This document shows, in pieces, positions 27,658-36,776 of a stretch of DNA of 64,000 nucleotides. The notes under the pieces are model-generated. The model did no database searches and had not been told where the DNA came from. It saw only the letters and a program-made list of their open reading frames with translations. The translations under genes were made by a program, and so were the position numbers. The DNA is taken from positions 157,423 through 221,422 of the IMG/VR virus record IMGVR_UViG_3300024054_000362. One strand, given 5' to 3'. Each line of letters starts with the position of its first letter. The first letter of the stretch is position 1.

Positions 27658-30600
27658 TCAGTTGACTTCCGCCCAAGTTTTTCCGGCCTTGGCGTCGACG
27701 GGAAAATTCATCTTGTTGCCGTTGTACTCGACCTCGCGCGTGAAGCACTTCACGACGAGGGCCTTGAGCAGATCCTGATCGTCTTCGTCGCACTCGAAGA
27801 CTACGGCATCGTGGATCTGAAGGATCGGCCACGCGCCCTCGGGCAGGAGCGGCATGATATCCGCGAGCCCCAGGTTGATAAGGTCAGCGCCCGACGCCTG
27901 AATCGGGAAGTTGACGACTTCGGTCAGGTCGAACTGCTTGATCGGAAAACATCGACGACGTCCGAGGATCATGCTTCGGATCTCGCCTTGCTGATCCGCC
28001 ATCCGTTGCATGTCCTGGTGCCACTTGGTGACGCCCGGCATGCGGGTCTTCATCACCTGCACCATCTTGCCGATCATGCCGATGGTGACCTGCGGGTAGT
28101 CGCGGACGACGGCCTTCCACAACGTCTCGATCGAGCCGGCGTAGAACGCGCCGTACTCCGGGCGCTTGATCAGGTCGCGGCGGACCTTGCGTTCGTCGAC
28201 AGGAACCGTGTCGAAGTCCGGCCAGACGATGCGCGCGAACTCGCTATGGATGTCCTTGTCCTTGTGGAAGATGTCGAGGAGGAACGGGTCACCTGACATG
28301 AGCGCGATCAGGCGTGCTTCGAGTTGCTTCGCATCGAAAGCGACGAACGCACGCCCGTACGGTGCGACCACCTGGCTACGGAGGTTGGGGCGTCCCTTCT
28401 TTTTGTCGGCCTTGGGCCAGTTCTGTGCTTGTGGTCCTTCGGAGCGCCATCGTCCAGTGATGGCGTGGACGCTCCATCGTGGGTGAACACGCAGCCACGG
28501 ATCGGCGAAGCCGTAACGGATCTTGCCGGGGATCGGTCGGCCTTCCTTGTCGAGGACCGGGCGATCGAGCATGCGTTCACAGAACGTCGACAGGAGCTTT
28601 GCGTTCTCGCGGTAGTTGAGGAGCGCTTGGATTTCCGGGTACTGCGAGAACGCTTCGAGGACGTCTTTCTTTGTCGAGATTCGACCACTGGCCGTCTGAA
28701 GACTGAGCGGCACACCGCAGGCCTTGAGGAAGGCCACGATGTGATCGCCCGAGTCGATCATGAAGTTGAACTTGCTAGCCTCGATCTCGCCGAGGCGTTT
28801 CGAAATACGTTCGTCAAGATCGATCGGATCGTGCTTTCGCGTACGCCGCGCCTGTTCGAAGGCGAGCCGTTCCTTGAAGCGCGCCAGGATCGTCGGATCC
28901 TGAATTTTGTCGTCCAGCTCTTTTTTGGCCGCATCGATGTTGGCGCGGAAGCCTTTGCGGAGTTGCCCGTTGATTTCTGGATCGATCGGGACGCCCTTCA
29001 TGTGCATCACGCTGGCGGCGTGCGCCATCGCGAGATCCACCTTGTAGGTCTTCTCGGCGTTCGACTCCTTGATGATGAGCGCGATCGGACCTTCGATACG
29101 TGCCGTCGCAAGCGTGTCGCGTGCGTTGTAGGGCAGCAGCTCGTCGAGCGTTCCTTGACCATGGCGGTATTCGGCCTTCCACGGCGGAGCGGCGTAGAAC
29201 TGCGTCAGGACACGCTGAAGGTTGTGTGCGAGGCCTGGGAACGCACTGTGATGCATGAGCATCGTGCAGTGGATTTCGCCGTTGATCTGAAAACCGTGAC
29301 GTTCCAAGACAGGTACGTCGTAGATCCGGTTGTGGAAGATCTTGACGACGGACTCGTCGGCGAACAGTTTGTCGAGCGGTTCGAGAACCTCCGGGATGCA
29401 CAGCTCCCACGCGATGCTGATCGCGCGCTCGAACGTGGCGAGCCCGAGCGCCGACATGTTGGCGTTGTAAGGTGAGAGCGCGGTGTGTTGCTTCGTGTTT
29501 TCGACGAAGGTCTCGGTGTCACACGCGAACCGACCTGAACGGTATGCGTCGACGACGAAGTCGGCGACGAGCTTCTTCGCCCGCTGCCAATCTTCTAGTT
29601 CGACCTGAATGTCGTCGGTGAACTTGATGTCGGCGCCCTGCGAGATCAGGTTCACCTTGGCCGTGTCGTAGAGCAGGTTCCAGAAGGCGAGGTCGACCGT
29701 GTGTGACCCACCACCGCCACTCGCACCGCCGCCACGAAGGATCGCAGCGGGGTGAATGCTCGGGATCACCGCACGCGTCCGTCCGCTGTTGTCGCAGTCG
29801 ACCTCGTGGTACGAGCCCGCCATCTGCGTGATCGAGAACTTCTCGTTGCCAGTGAGTTGTTGGGCGGCGTGAGCCCCGAGGGCGAGGACGGGCACGCCGG
29901 GGAACTGTGCGATCTCTTGTTTGAGTCGGTCGCCACAAGCTTGACGTGCTTGCTTCTTGATGGCGTCGGAGGCGCCGTGCGGCGGTTGGCAGTTGTGAAC
30001 GACGGCTCCGGGCGTGAGGAAGTTGTGCGTGCCTTCCACTTCGAGGCAGTACACGGTCGCGCCTTCGCCTTTTCGTCGGGGGCTCGTACAGACGCTCTCG
30101 GCCTGATCGTAAAAGGCCGCTGCTGGAATGGGCTCGTATGTTTGCGGGTCGTACTTGCCGCGATCTTCAGGTCGAAGTTTGTACGCCATCACAGGTGGAA
30201 CGTAAGTCGCGATCGCAGCACTGAATCGCGCAGTCCCTTCGACCGTGAATCGGATACGGCCGCGCCGAACGCGGTTTTCGAAACCGCGTGCACGTAGTAC
30301 TGCAGAGGCGTGAAGAAGATCTGGTTCGGGAAAGGCGACGCCACAAATCTCGGCGAGCGGACGGTGCCCGTTGCGGATCTGCATGTACCCATCGTCTAGG
30401 TACCAGACGGCAAACAACAGCTCGTCCGCCGAAGCGAGAACAGTCGATGGGATTCGTTTCTTGCCTTCGGGGTAGAAGAGGTCGCGTGTTGCATGTCCCC
30501 ATGCACCGGCAGCTGTACGGAACCCGTACTTAGCTTGCTCATTTTGTCGGGGTGGCTGTTGGAACAGTGACACGCCGAATTTTTTCAACACGCGCGCCTT

Positions 30601-31347
30601 CAGCATCGCGTACTGTTTTTGATCTTCGGCGTGGGTAACTACGAGTGAGCCCTTTGCGAGGGTTCCGTCACCGAGCAACGTTCCATAGGCAACCTGCAGT
30701 GCACGACCCGCAGGTGCCACGTCGCCGGTGGCGATCCACCCACCGTTGATATCGGCGGCGGGTCGCCAACCTTCCGGTGTCAGGACGGGATGATCTTCGG
30801 TAAGTACGGCATGCGTTCGTCCTCGGGCTCCTGCACGTTGCGCCCATCGGAACGATACGTCACGCATCTCGCGCGTTCCTCGTGGATTTCGATACCAGTT
30901 CGTAACGCGCGCTGCGATCACACTCCCTGTTGCGTCGATGGACTGTACGAGTCCGTCATAACGGTTGGCAACGAGGTGATCGATCCGTTTCAGGGATCCG
31001 TCTGCGAGTCGAACTTGGGTGGTCCCTTCGACGCACAGCATGCTGTTCGACACCCACAACGACTCACGTGCGATGCCGAGCCTGGAGAGCGTTTCGTTGA
31101 CGAGACGACCGGAGCTGCCGACGAACGGGCGCTGCTGGATGACTTCGTTCTGGCCAGGTCCTTCGCCGACGACGATGAAGTTTGGCCGTTCCCAGCCCTC
31201 ACCGAAGACAGGTTGGTTCGGTTTGCCGAACTTGCCGAATGGACAGTTTGCGCAGTCGGCGCCGTGCGCGTTGCCGCGGATTGTCTTCGGCGCGTCGTCG
31301 TCGACGAAGCGATCCTCGGACGGCATATCGGCAACGGTGAAGCTCAT
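27658..31347 (-). CDS. family A DNA polymerase with N-terminal family-4 uracil-DNA glycosylase domain and an intein
   Basis: UDG: CANC, VGEGPG, PFVGSSG, HPAAILR; exonuclease: CDTET, HNRIYD, YNARD; polymerase: DAKQLEAR, KRPEYG, QIHD; start at ATGA overlap. Confidence 0.92.
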   Translation of the reverse strand: MSFTVADMPSEDRFVDDDAPKTIRGNAHGADCANCPFGKFGKPNQPVFGEGWERPNFIVVGEGPGQNEVIQQRPFVGSSGRLVNETLSRLGIARESLWVSNSMLCVEGTTQVRLADGSLKRIDHLVANRYDGLVQSIDATGSVIAARVTNWYRNPRGTREMRDVSFRWAQRAGARGRTHAVLTEDHPVLTPEGWRPAADINGGWIATGDVAPAGRALQVAYGTLLGDGTLAKGSLVVTHAEDQKQYAMLKARVLKKFGVSLFQQPPRQNEQAKYGFRTAAGAWGHATRDLFYPEGKKRIPSTVLASADELLFAVWYLDDGYMQIRNGHRPLAEICGVAFPEPDLLHASAVLRARGFENRVRRGRIRFTVEGTARFSAAIATYVPPVMAYKLRPEDRGKYDPQTYEPIPAAAFYDQAESVCTSPRRKGEGATVYCLEVEGTHNFLTPGAVVHNCQPPHGASDAIKKQARQACGDRLKQEIAQFPGVPVLALGAHAAQQLTGNEKFSITQMAGSYHEVDCDNSGRTRAVIPSIHPAAILRGGGASGGGGSHTVDLAFWNLLYDTAKVNLISQGADIKFTDDIQVELEDWQRAKKLVADFVVDAYRSGRFACDTETFVENTKQHTALSPYNANMSALGLATFERAISIAWELCIPEVLEPLDKLFADESVVKIFHNRIYDVPVLERHGFQINGEIHCTMLMHHSAFPGLAHNLQRVLTQFYAAPPWKAEYRHGQGTLDELLPYNARDTLATARIEGPIALIIKESNAEKTYKVDLAMAHAASVMHMKGVPIDPEINGQLRKGFRANIDAAKKELDDKIQDPTILARFKERLAFEQARRTRKHDPIDLDERISKRLGEIEASKFNFMIDSGDHIVAFLKACGVPLSLQTASGRISTKKDVLEAFSQYPEIQALLNYRENAKLLSTFCERMLDRPVLDKEGRPIPGKIRYGFADPWLRVHPRWSVHAITGRWRSEGPQAQNWPKADKKKGRPNLRSQVVAPYGRAFVAFDAKQLEARLIALMSGDPFLLDIFHKDKDIHSEFARIVWPDFDTVPVDERKVRRDLIKRPEYGAFYAGSIETLWKAVVRDYPQVTIGMIGKMVQVMKTRMPGVTKWHQDMQRMADQQGEIRSMILGRRRCFPIKQFDLTEVVNFPIQASGADLINLGLADIMPLLPEGAWPILQIHDAVVFECDEDDQDLLKALVVKCFTREVEYNGNKMNFPVDAKAGKTWAEVN
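29992..31035 (-). mobile_element. LAGLIDADG intein (348 aa) in the UDG domain of the polymerase
   Basis: NSML|CVEGTT...HNFL..GAVVHN|CQPP; LLGDG and WYLDDG motifs. Confidence 0.9.
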
Positions 31348-32459
31348 GCGCGCAGTGCCTCCATGAACCACGTGAGCCACGAAGGAAGATCGACGATGGG
31401 CGCCGGAATCCAAAACGCCGGTTCACCAGAAACTTGCGTTGAAGGGGCGACTGCGATGAGGCCTCCTTCACAGAGAATTTCTAGGCCGGCCGCGAATCGT
31501 TGGCTGCGCGGGAGCCAGAGGCCGTGCGGAACGTTGTAGAAGTGCGCGCGCACGTCACCTGTCTGATGTGTCAACGTGATTGGTAGAGGCCCGTCGACAG
31601 TACTGACGGCGCGTGTGACTACGACCAAGAGTCGCGATGCTCCTCCAGTTCGAATGCCGATGCGCGTGCTTGGTGCGTGCCTCCACATATTGGCGACGCG
31701 TTCAGGGCGACATCCAGGAAATGTGTGTGAGACGAGATGCAGTCCAAGTTGTCTACAGGTTGTTCCTTCTGAACACGTACAACCGGCCTTGCCTTGTGCT
31801 TCAGGGGTCCTGAGCGGATTCGTGAATTGTAGATCTCGCAACGGGTCAACCCAGAAGTGGTGCTGCACATACCGTTGCGCAGCTTCGGTCAAGGACACCG
31901 TGTGATTCGGAAGCCAGGACCAGTCTCGGGTCTCGTGAGGCGTTGGTGGTGGTGGTGGCACTGCTGCGAGCAATTGTTCGGCGTCAGCCTCGCGCAGAAA
32001 TTTTTCCGGGATCAGATAACACGGTCGTGCAATGTCTTCGCGCCACCAGTTCGCGTAGCGCGCCAGACGTGGCAATGTCCAACCTACGATCTCGATCGAC
32101 GGACAACGGTGGGTGTTGACCAGGACGTGGGGGACATCTTCGGGATCTTGATCATGGAGTGGTAGACACCCGTTGGGATAGTTCGTCGAGCGAACACGGA
32201 TCCCCCCTACAAGACCAGCTTCTGTCCGCGCCGCTTCCCAGTCGCGCAGATTGAGTGCACCTGCCCATCCACAGTTCAGGAACTGTGCGAATGCGTACTC
32301 AGCGAGTGCACCTTGAATGTCGATCGTCTCACCGTCGGCTGTCGGCGTGACGCGCCCATCGTTGCGACCGCCTTGACGCTGTACGCGATAGCGTGTGCGA
32401 CCAACCTTGACGGCGTGCGCGACCTCGACATCAGACAGTTGAATCTGGATTCGCGTCAC
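31344..32459 (-). CDS. fusion of a nuclease-like domain and a degenerate primase-polymerase domain
   Basis: N-half GALAEYAF..VRST; C-half aligns by eye to 51726-52931 but lacks the DxD motif. Confidence 0.55.
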   Translation of the reverse strand: MTRIQIQLSDVEVAHAVKVGRTRYRVQRQGGRNDGRVTPTADGETIDIQGALAEYAFAQFLNCGWAGALNLRDWEAARTEAGLVGGIRVRSTNYPNGCLPLHDQDPEDVPHVLVNTHRCPSIEIVGWTLPRLARYANWWREDIARPCYLIPEKFLREADAEQLLAAVPPPPPTPHETRDWSWLPNHTVSLTEAAQRYVQHHFWVDPLRDLQFTNPLRTPEAQGKAGCTCSEGTTCRQLGLHLVSHTFPGCRPERVANMWRHAPSTRIGIRTGGASRLLVVVTRAVSTVDGPLPITLTHQTGDVRAHFYNVPHGLWLPRSQRFAAGLEILCEGGLIAVAPSTQVSGEPAFWIPAPIVDLPSWLTWFMEALRA

Positions 32460-34177
32460 GACGCGTCCTCGAAGAGTGCGTCGGCTGCTTTCACAGCGGC
32501 GCTGCCGACCTCGTTGGTCAGCTCCTTCGCACCGAGGCGAAGTAGGTACGCGTCGCGCGTCGATCGTTTGAAGCCGGTCAGCTCGTCGATCTCGGCTTTA
32601 TGGACGGGGTTCGGCCATGCGTTGGCGAGGATCTCCAACACCTGACGTTCGCCCTTGGGGAGCTTGGCGAACCAGTAGTCGCGTAACGCTTCGCCGGTAG
32701 GTAGCGGTTCGACGTCGGGCATCGCGGCGATGCCTTCCTCGGTTGCAAAGATCGTATCGCCGTCTTCCGAGAGGAGACCCTTCTTCCGAAGCCGCAGGAT
32801 GTAAGCATCCCGCGTCGAACGTTTGTAGCCGGTGAGCGTGGTGACTCGCTTCTTGATCAGCCCGTCAACGAACTGAATCGCCGCACGTAGCACGGCGGCC
32901 TCACCTTCGGGGAGTGGCTTGTCGTCGTAGGTGCCGTGCGACTTGGACGTAGAACGTACAGGCGCAGGTGCGGGCGTTAACGTGAAGCCCTTCGGTGCCT
33001 TCGTCGGCTGCTTCACGGGCAGCACGACAGGCGCCTTGAGCGTTCGGCCCGAATTCAAAACGAACGTTTGCAGCGTCGTCACCTGCGCGCGCAGGCTTGC
33101 CGTGCCGGCCGTCAGCGTCTCCAGGCCCGGCGCGAGCCTCTCACTGATCGCCAGCATCTTGACGGCGATCGCCTCGATACGCTTCAGGTCGCGATCTTTG
33201 AACGCAGGCTTCTCGACGATCTTGGTCTCGATCTTCGTCTCGGCCTTCGGCTGCGCGGCCTTGGTCTTGGTCAGCTCGGACTTCAGCTGTTTGATTTGCG
33301 CGCGCAGATCGCCGACGGTCTTGGCCTCTTCTTCGGCTTCGTGGGGCAGGTCCGCGAGCTGTGCGAGGACTTTCTTCACGCGCTCGCGTGGCGGCGTCGG
33401 AGGCGTCGCACGCTGACCTGCGCGCAGGTGCGTCGTCTGAACGCCGCCGACTTGGATCTGTTTGACTTCGTCGGCGAACGCGGGACCGAAGACGTAGAAC
33501 TGCCCTGGCTTGAGCGTGCGAAGCGACATCGTGTCTTCGCGCGTCGTGAAACCCAGCTCCGCGGCGGCGCGTTTCATGTCGACGTCGAGGGCCGACCTGC
33601 CAATCAACTTGTTGTTGCACTCGGCAGCGGCGTCCTTCGAGAGCTTGGCGATCCGCTGCGTCGCGAGTACGCCAGCGAAGCCGCGCTTGCGGCCGAGCGC
33701 CATGAGGTTCTTGACGGCGCCCGTTGAGACGGCGCTACCGACTTCGGGGCAGTAGAGGTGCGCTTCGTCGAGGATGACGAGCGCGGAGTGCCACAGGTCG
33801 CGTGGTGCGTTCACGAGCGATTCGAGGAACCGCTTCACGAATTCGGCACGCTGGGTACCAAGCTCGTAGATGTCGACGATCACGGAAACGTTCAGCTCCA
33901 GAAGTCGACGAGCGAGCAGCGTCGCGCTTTTCAAATCGGCGGGGCAGTCGCCTTTCTGACCCGCGAGCACGAAGTCGAACTTCTCGCGCAGCGTGTGGTA
34001 CTCGCCGTCGTGATCGATGACGATCTGTTGGGCCTTGCCGTACGTCTGTTCGATGAGACGGCGGATCGCCCAGCTCTTTCCGGCACCGCTGTTGGCTTGA
34101 ACCAGGAGGCGCGATTCGACGAGCTTGTCGACGTCGATCGCACAGTCCGCTCCTAGTAATGGTTCACGCTTTGTCAT
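32456..34177 (-). CDS. HerA/DUF87-like ATPase with coiled coil and tandem winged-helix repeats
   Basis: QANSGAGKS, IDHDGEY, LDEAH, GRKRG..LATQR; repeated TG[YF]KRSTRDAY. Confidence 0.8.
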   Translation of the reverse strand: MTKREPLLGADCAIDVDKLVESRLLVQANSGAGKSWAIRRLIEQTYGKAQQIVIDHDGEYHTLREKFDFVLAGQKGDCPADLKSATLLARRLLELNVSVIVDIYELGTQRAEFVKRFLESLVNAPRDLWHSALVILDEAHLYCPEVGSAVSTGAVKNLMALGRKRGFAGVLATQRIAKLSKDAAAECNNKLIGRSALDVDMKRAAAELGFTTREDTMSLRTLKPGQFYVFGPAFADEVKQIQVGGVQTTHLRAGQRATPPTPPRERVKKVLAQLADLPHEAEEEAKTVGDLRAQIKQLKSELTKTKAAQPKAETKIETKIVEKPAFKDRDLKRIEAIAVKMLAISERLAPGLETLTAGTASLRAQVTTLQTFVLNSGRTLKAPVVLPVKQPTKAPKGFTLTPAPAPVRSTSKSHGTYDDKPLPEGEAAVLRAAIQFVDGLIKKRVTTLTGYKRSTRDAYILRLRKKGLLSEDGDTIFATEEGIAAMPDVEPLPTGEALRDYWFAKLPKGERQVLEILANAWPNPVHKAEIDELTGFKRSTRDAYLLRLGAKELTNEVGSAAVKAADALFEDAS

Positions 34178-34242
34178 GCTCGTCTCCCTAGTGACGAGAT
34201 TGTGGTCGCTCCTGCTCGTAGACGCTCGGTGTTGTCCGGGGC

Positions 34243-34773
34243 TCAGCCGGGCAACGGCGCTTCCGCTTCGAACTTCTTCTCGACGGGACCGCCGAGCACG
34301 ATCTCGGGGACGTGTTCGTACGTGAGTAGATCACCATCGAACGTCGCCTCGACACGGATCTGATCGATGCGCTTGCGCTTGCCGTCGATGGCGACGTCGA
34401 ACGACTCACGCGCACGAGCATCGAGCATGATGCAATCGCCGTGTCGCAGAAGCAGTGGCTGCTTCGGCGTCCATCGGAAAGTGCTATGGCCGTCGACGAC
34501 CTGGAGTGGCAACGACTCGCCGATGTTGCGATTCCTCGCGGCATCGTGTGCGCTGATCTTGATCAACCGATCGAGGATGGGAGGCTGCACGTCACAGACA
34601 GCCCCCTCGGCGAGTGCAGTGAACTTGAACAGGATCGAAGACACTTCGAAGTCTTGGTACATCGAGTGAAGTCCGGTCTTGTCTGGGAACACGATCTTCT
34701 CACCTGCCTTCACGGTGACTTCGCCGCTGCGGGTGAAGGGGTCGCGATCGACGACGGGCTTTCCGTTCTGCAC
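34243..34773 (-). CDS. hypothetical beta-rich protein
   Basis: GTG with AAGGAG RBS; the upstream part of the listed long ORF overlaps nrdB. Confidence 0.6.
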   Translation of the reverse strand: MQNGKPVVDRDPFTRSGEVTVKAGEKIVFPDKTGLHSMYQDFEVSSILFKFTALAEGAVCDVQPPILDRLIKISAHDAARNRNIGESLPLQVVDGHSTFRWTPKQPLLLRHGDCIMLDARARESFDVAIDGKRKRIDQIRVEATFDGDLLTYEHVPEIVLGGPVEKKFEAEAPLPG

Positions 34774-34793
34774 GAGATCTCCTTGGTGAATCG

Positions 34794-36776
34794 TTAGAAG
34801 TCGGCGTTCAGGTCGACTTCGCCTTCGACGCCCTGTTGGTACGCCGACGCACGGCGTTCGAAGAAGTTGGTCATCTCTTGGACGTCCTGCAGGTCCATGA
34901 ACCCGAACGGATTCTTGACGTTGAACGTCTTGCTGTAGCCGAGCGCCGCAAGACGCTGATCGGCGACGAACTGGAGGTACGTCACGACGTCGTTGACCGA
35001 GAGGCCGGCGACGCCACCTGCCAGGAGGTCTTCCGCGAAGGCGGCTTCGCAGTCGATAGCTTCGTCGATCATCTGTCGGACGTCGCGTTCCAGTTCGGCG
35101 TCGAACAATTCGGGTTCTTCGCGGCGGACGGTGGCGACGACCGCGAACGCGAACGTCATGTGACAGTTGCCAGTGATCGAGACTTTGTTGTTGTAGCGCA
35201 TCACAAAAGCGCCGGTTGGGACGGTTACACAGTGAACGTTCCCGTCGTATGCGACGATGTCGTCGAGGATCGACCCGCACGACACGATATCGACGTCGTG
35301 GATCCACGTACGGTACATCGTCGAGTACGTATCCGATCTGTGATCTTCTTCGATGCCGAACGTGGCGTGTCGACCGCCTAGCGTTGCCACAGCTTGAACG
35401 ACGTCGACGTTGTCGCGGAACTTGGACGAGTAGTAGATGTAGTAGCCGTCCATTGGATCGGCTGGCGTATGTCCGTCCCAGTGCCGAAGTTCTTCGACGA
35501 AGTCAGTAGCCCACTTGGTGTCGATCTTCGTCAAGTCGACCCACGTGTTCAGGTGCTTGCTGAGAGGTGTAGAAGCGGGGACGTTGATGAAGAACTCGTT
35601 CCAGCCGTTCTCGTCGCAGTCAACTTTGTACTTCCAACCGAGACGCGTGACGAGATCTGTCAATCTCGCGATTTTGCGATCACGCCGCAGAGAGAACTTC
35701 GCCGGGACCGTCCCGCAACGCTCGCCGGTATACCGCTCGCTGAGGTGCCCGTCGGCTTGGAACGCGATCAAGAAACGTTGCTCGTCGGTAAGCTCCGGTG
35801 CGACCTGTAGCGCGTGTCCTGCCACTGGAAGCTTCTTCTTGCCGTTGATCTTGAATTCAGACGCCGGCTGCTTGGACCACTGCTTCTGATAGTCCCAGCG
35901 CTGCACGATGTCGTGATCCATTGTCATCATCTGATCGACACCACCCTTGCGGTGTCGCAGATGTCGAACAGATCCTCGGTGCGGCTTGTGAAGCACCCTG
36001 AGCGGCTTCACGAATGAAATTTCATGAGTCTGAAGATCGAACTGGGCGACCTGTGTGTCTTCCGTCAGCTCACGGAAGTCGACCCAACCCTTGGGGGTTA
36101 GCACTTCGGTGCCGTCAACCATACAACTCTCATCTCTAAACACCCAGTTGGTGCCGTCGGCGAGGCCGGGCAGGAGGCCCTTCGAGCGCAGGAAGTAGAC
36201 GTAGGCGAACGCGCCGAAGAAGAACAGACCTTCGATGCACGCGGCGAAGCAGATCAGATTCGAGAGAAACTGTCGACGCTGGCGGGGCGTGCTGATCCGA
36301 TCGAGCGATTGGATCGAGTCGATCCAGCGAAGACAGAAGTCAGCTTTCTGTTTGATCGACGGGATCGTCTCGACGGCGGCGAACGCTTTCTGTCGCTCGC
36401 TGTGTTCGGGGACGTAGGTGTCGAGCAGGGTCAGATAGAACTGGACGTGGAGCGCTTCCTCGAAGAGCTGTCGCGACAAGTACATCCGCGCCTCGGGGGC
36501 GTTGACGTGCTTGTAGAGGTTCAGCACGAGGTTGTTCGCGACGATCGAGTCGCCCGTCGCGAAGAACGCGACGAGCCGTTGGATCAGGTGACGTTCAGCC
36601 GACGTCATCTTGGTGAGGTCGGCGACGTCCGTCGAGAAGTTGATCTCCTCGACGGTCCACGTGTTCTTGATCGCCGCGCGGTACATCTCGAAGAACTGTG
36701 GATAGATCATCGGCCGCAGCGTCAGACACATCCCAGGATCGAGGAGACGCGCTGGTCGCTGCATGTCGATGTTCAC
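34794..36776 (-). CDS. nrdB: ribonucleotide reductase class I beta subunit with intein
   Basis: WTVEE, FFATGD, EALH..FY, IEGLFF, RDES|intein|CH, NFFE. Confidence 0.93.
   Translation of the reverse strand: MNIDMQRPARLLDPGMCLTLRPMIYPQFFEMYRAAIKNTWTVEEINFSTDVADLTKMTSAERHLIQRLVAFFATGDSIVANNLVLNLYKHVNAPEARMYLSRQLFEEALHVQFYLTLLDTYVPEHSERQKAFAAVETIPSIKQKADFCLRWIDSIQSLDRISTPRQRRQFLSNLICFAACIEGLFFFGAFAYVYFLRSKGLLPGLADGTNWVFRDESCMVDGTEVLTPKGWVDFRELTEDTQVAQFDLQTHEISFVKPLRVLHKPHRGSVRHLRHRKGGVDQMMTMDHDIVQRWDYQKQWSKQPASEFKINGKKKLPVAGHALQVAPELTDEQRFLIAFQADGHLSERYTGERCGTVPAKFSLRRDRKIARLTDLVTRLGWKYKVDCDENGWNEFFINVPASTPLSKHLNTWVDLTKIDTKWATDFVEELRHWDGHTPADPMDGYYIYYSSKFRDNVDVVQAVATLGGRHATFGIEEDHRSDTYSTMYRTWIHDVDIVSCGSILDDIVAYDGNVHCVTVPTGAFVMRYNNKVSITGNCHMTFAFAVVATVRREEPELFDAELERDVRQMIDEAIDCEAAFAEDLLAGGVAGLSVNDVVTYLQFVADQRLAALGYSKTFNVKNPFGFMDLQDVQEMTNFFERRASAYQQGVEGEVDLNADF
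35166..36125 (-). mobile_element. intein (320 aa) in nrdB
   Basis: RDES|CMVDGTEV...ITGN|CH; FQADGH and HWDGH LAGLIDADG-like motifs. Confidence 0.88.
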
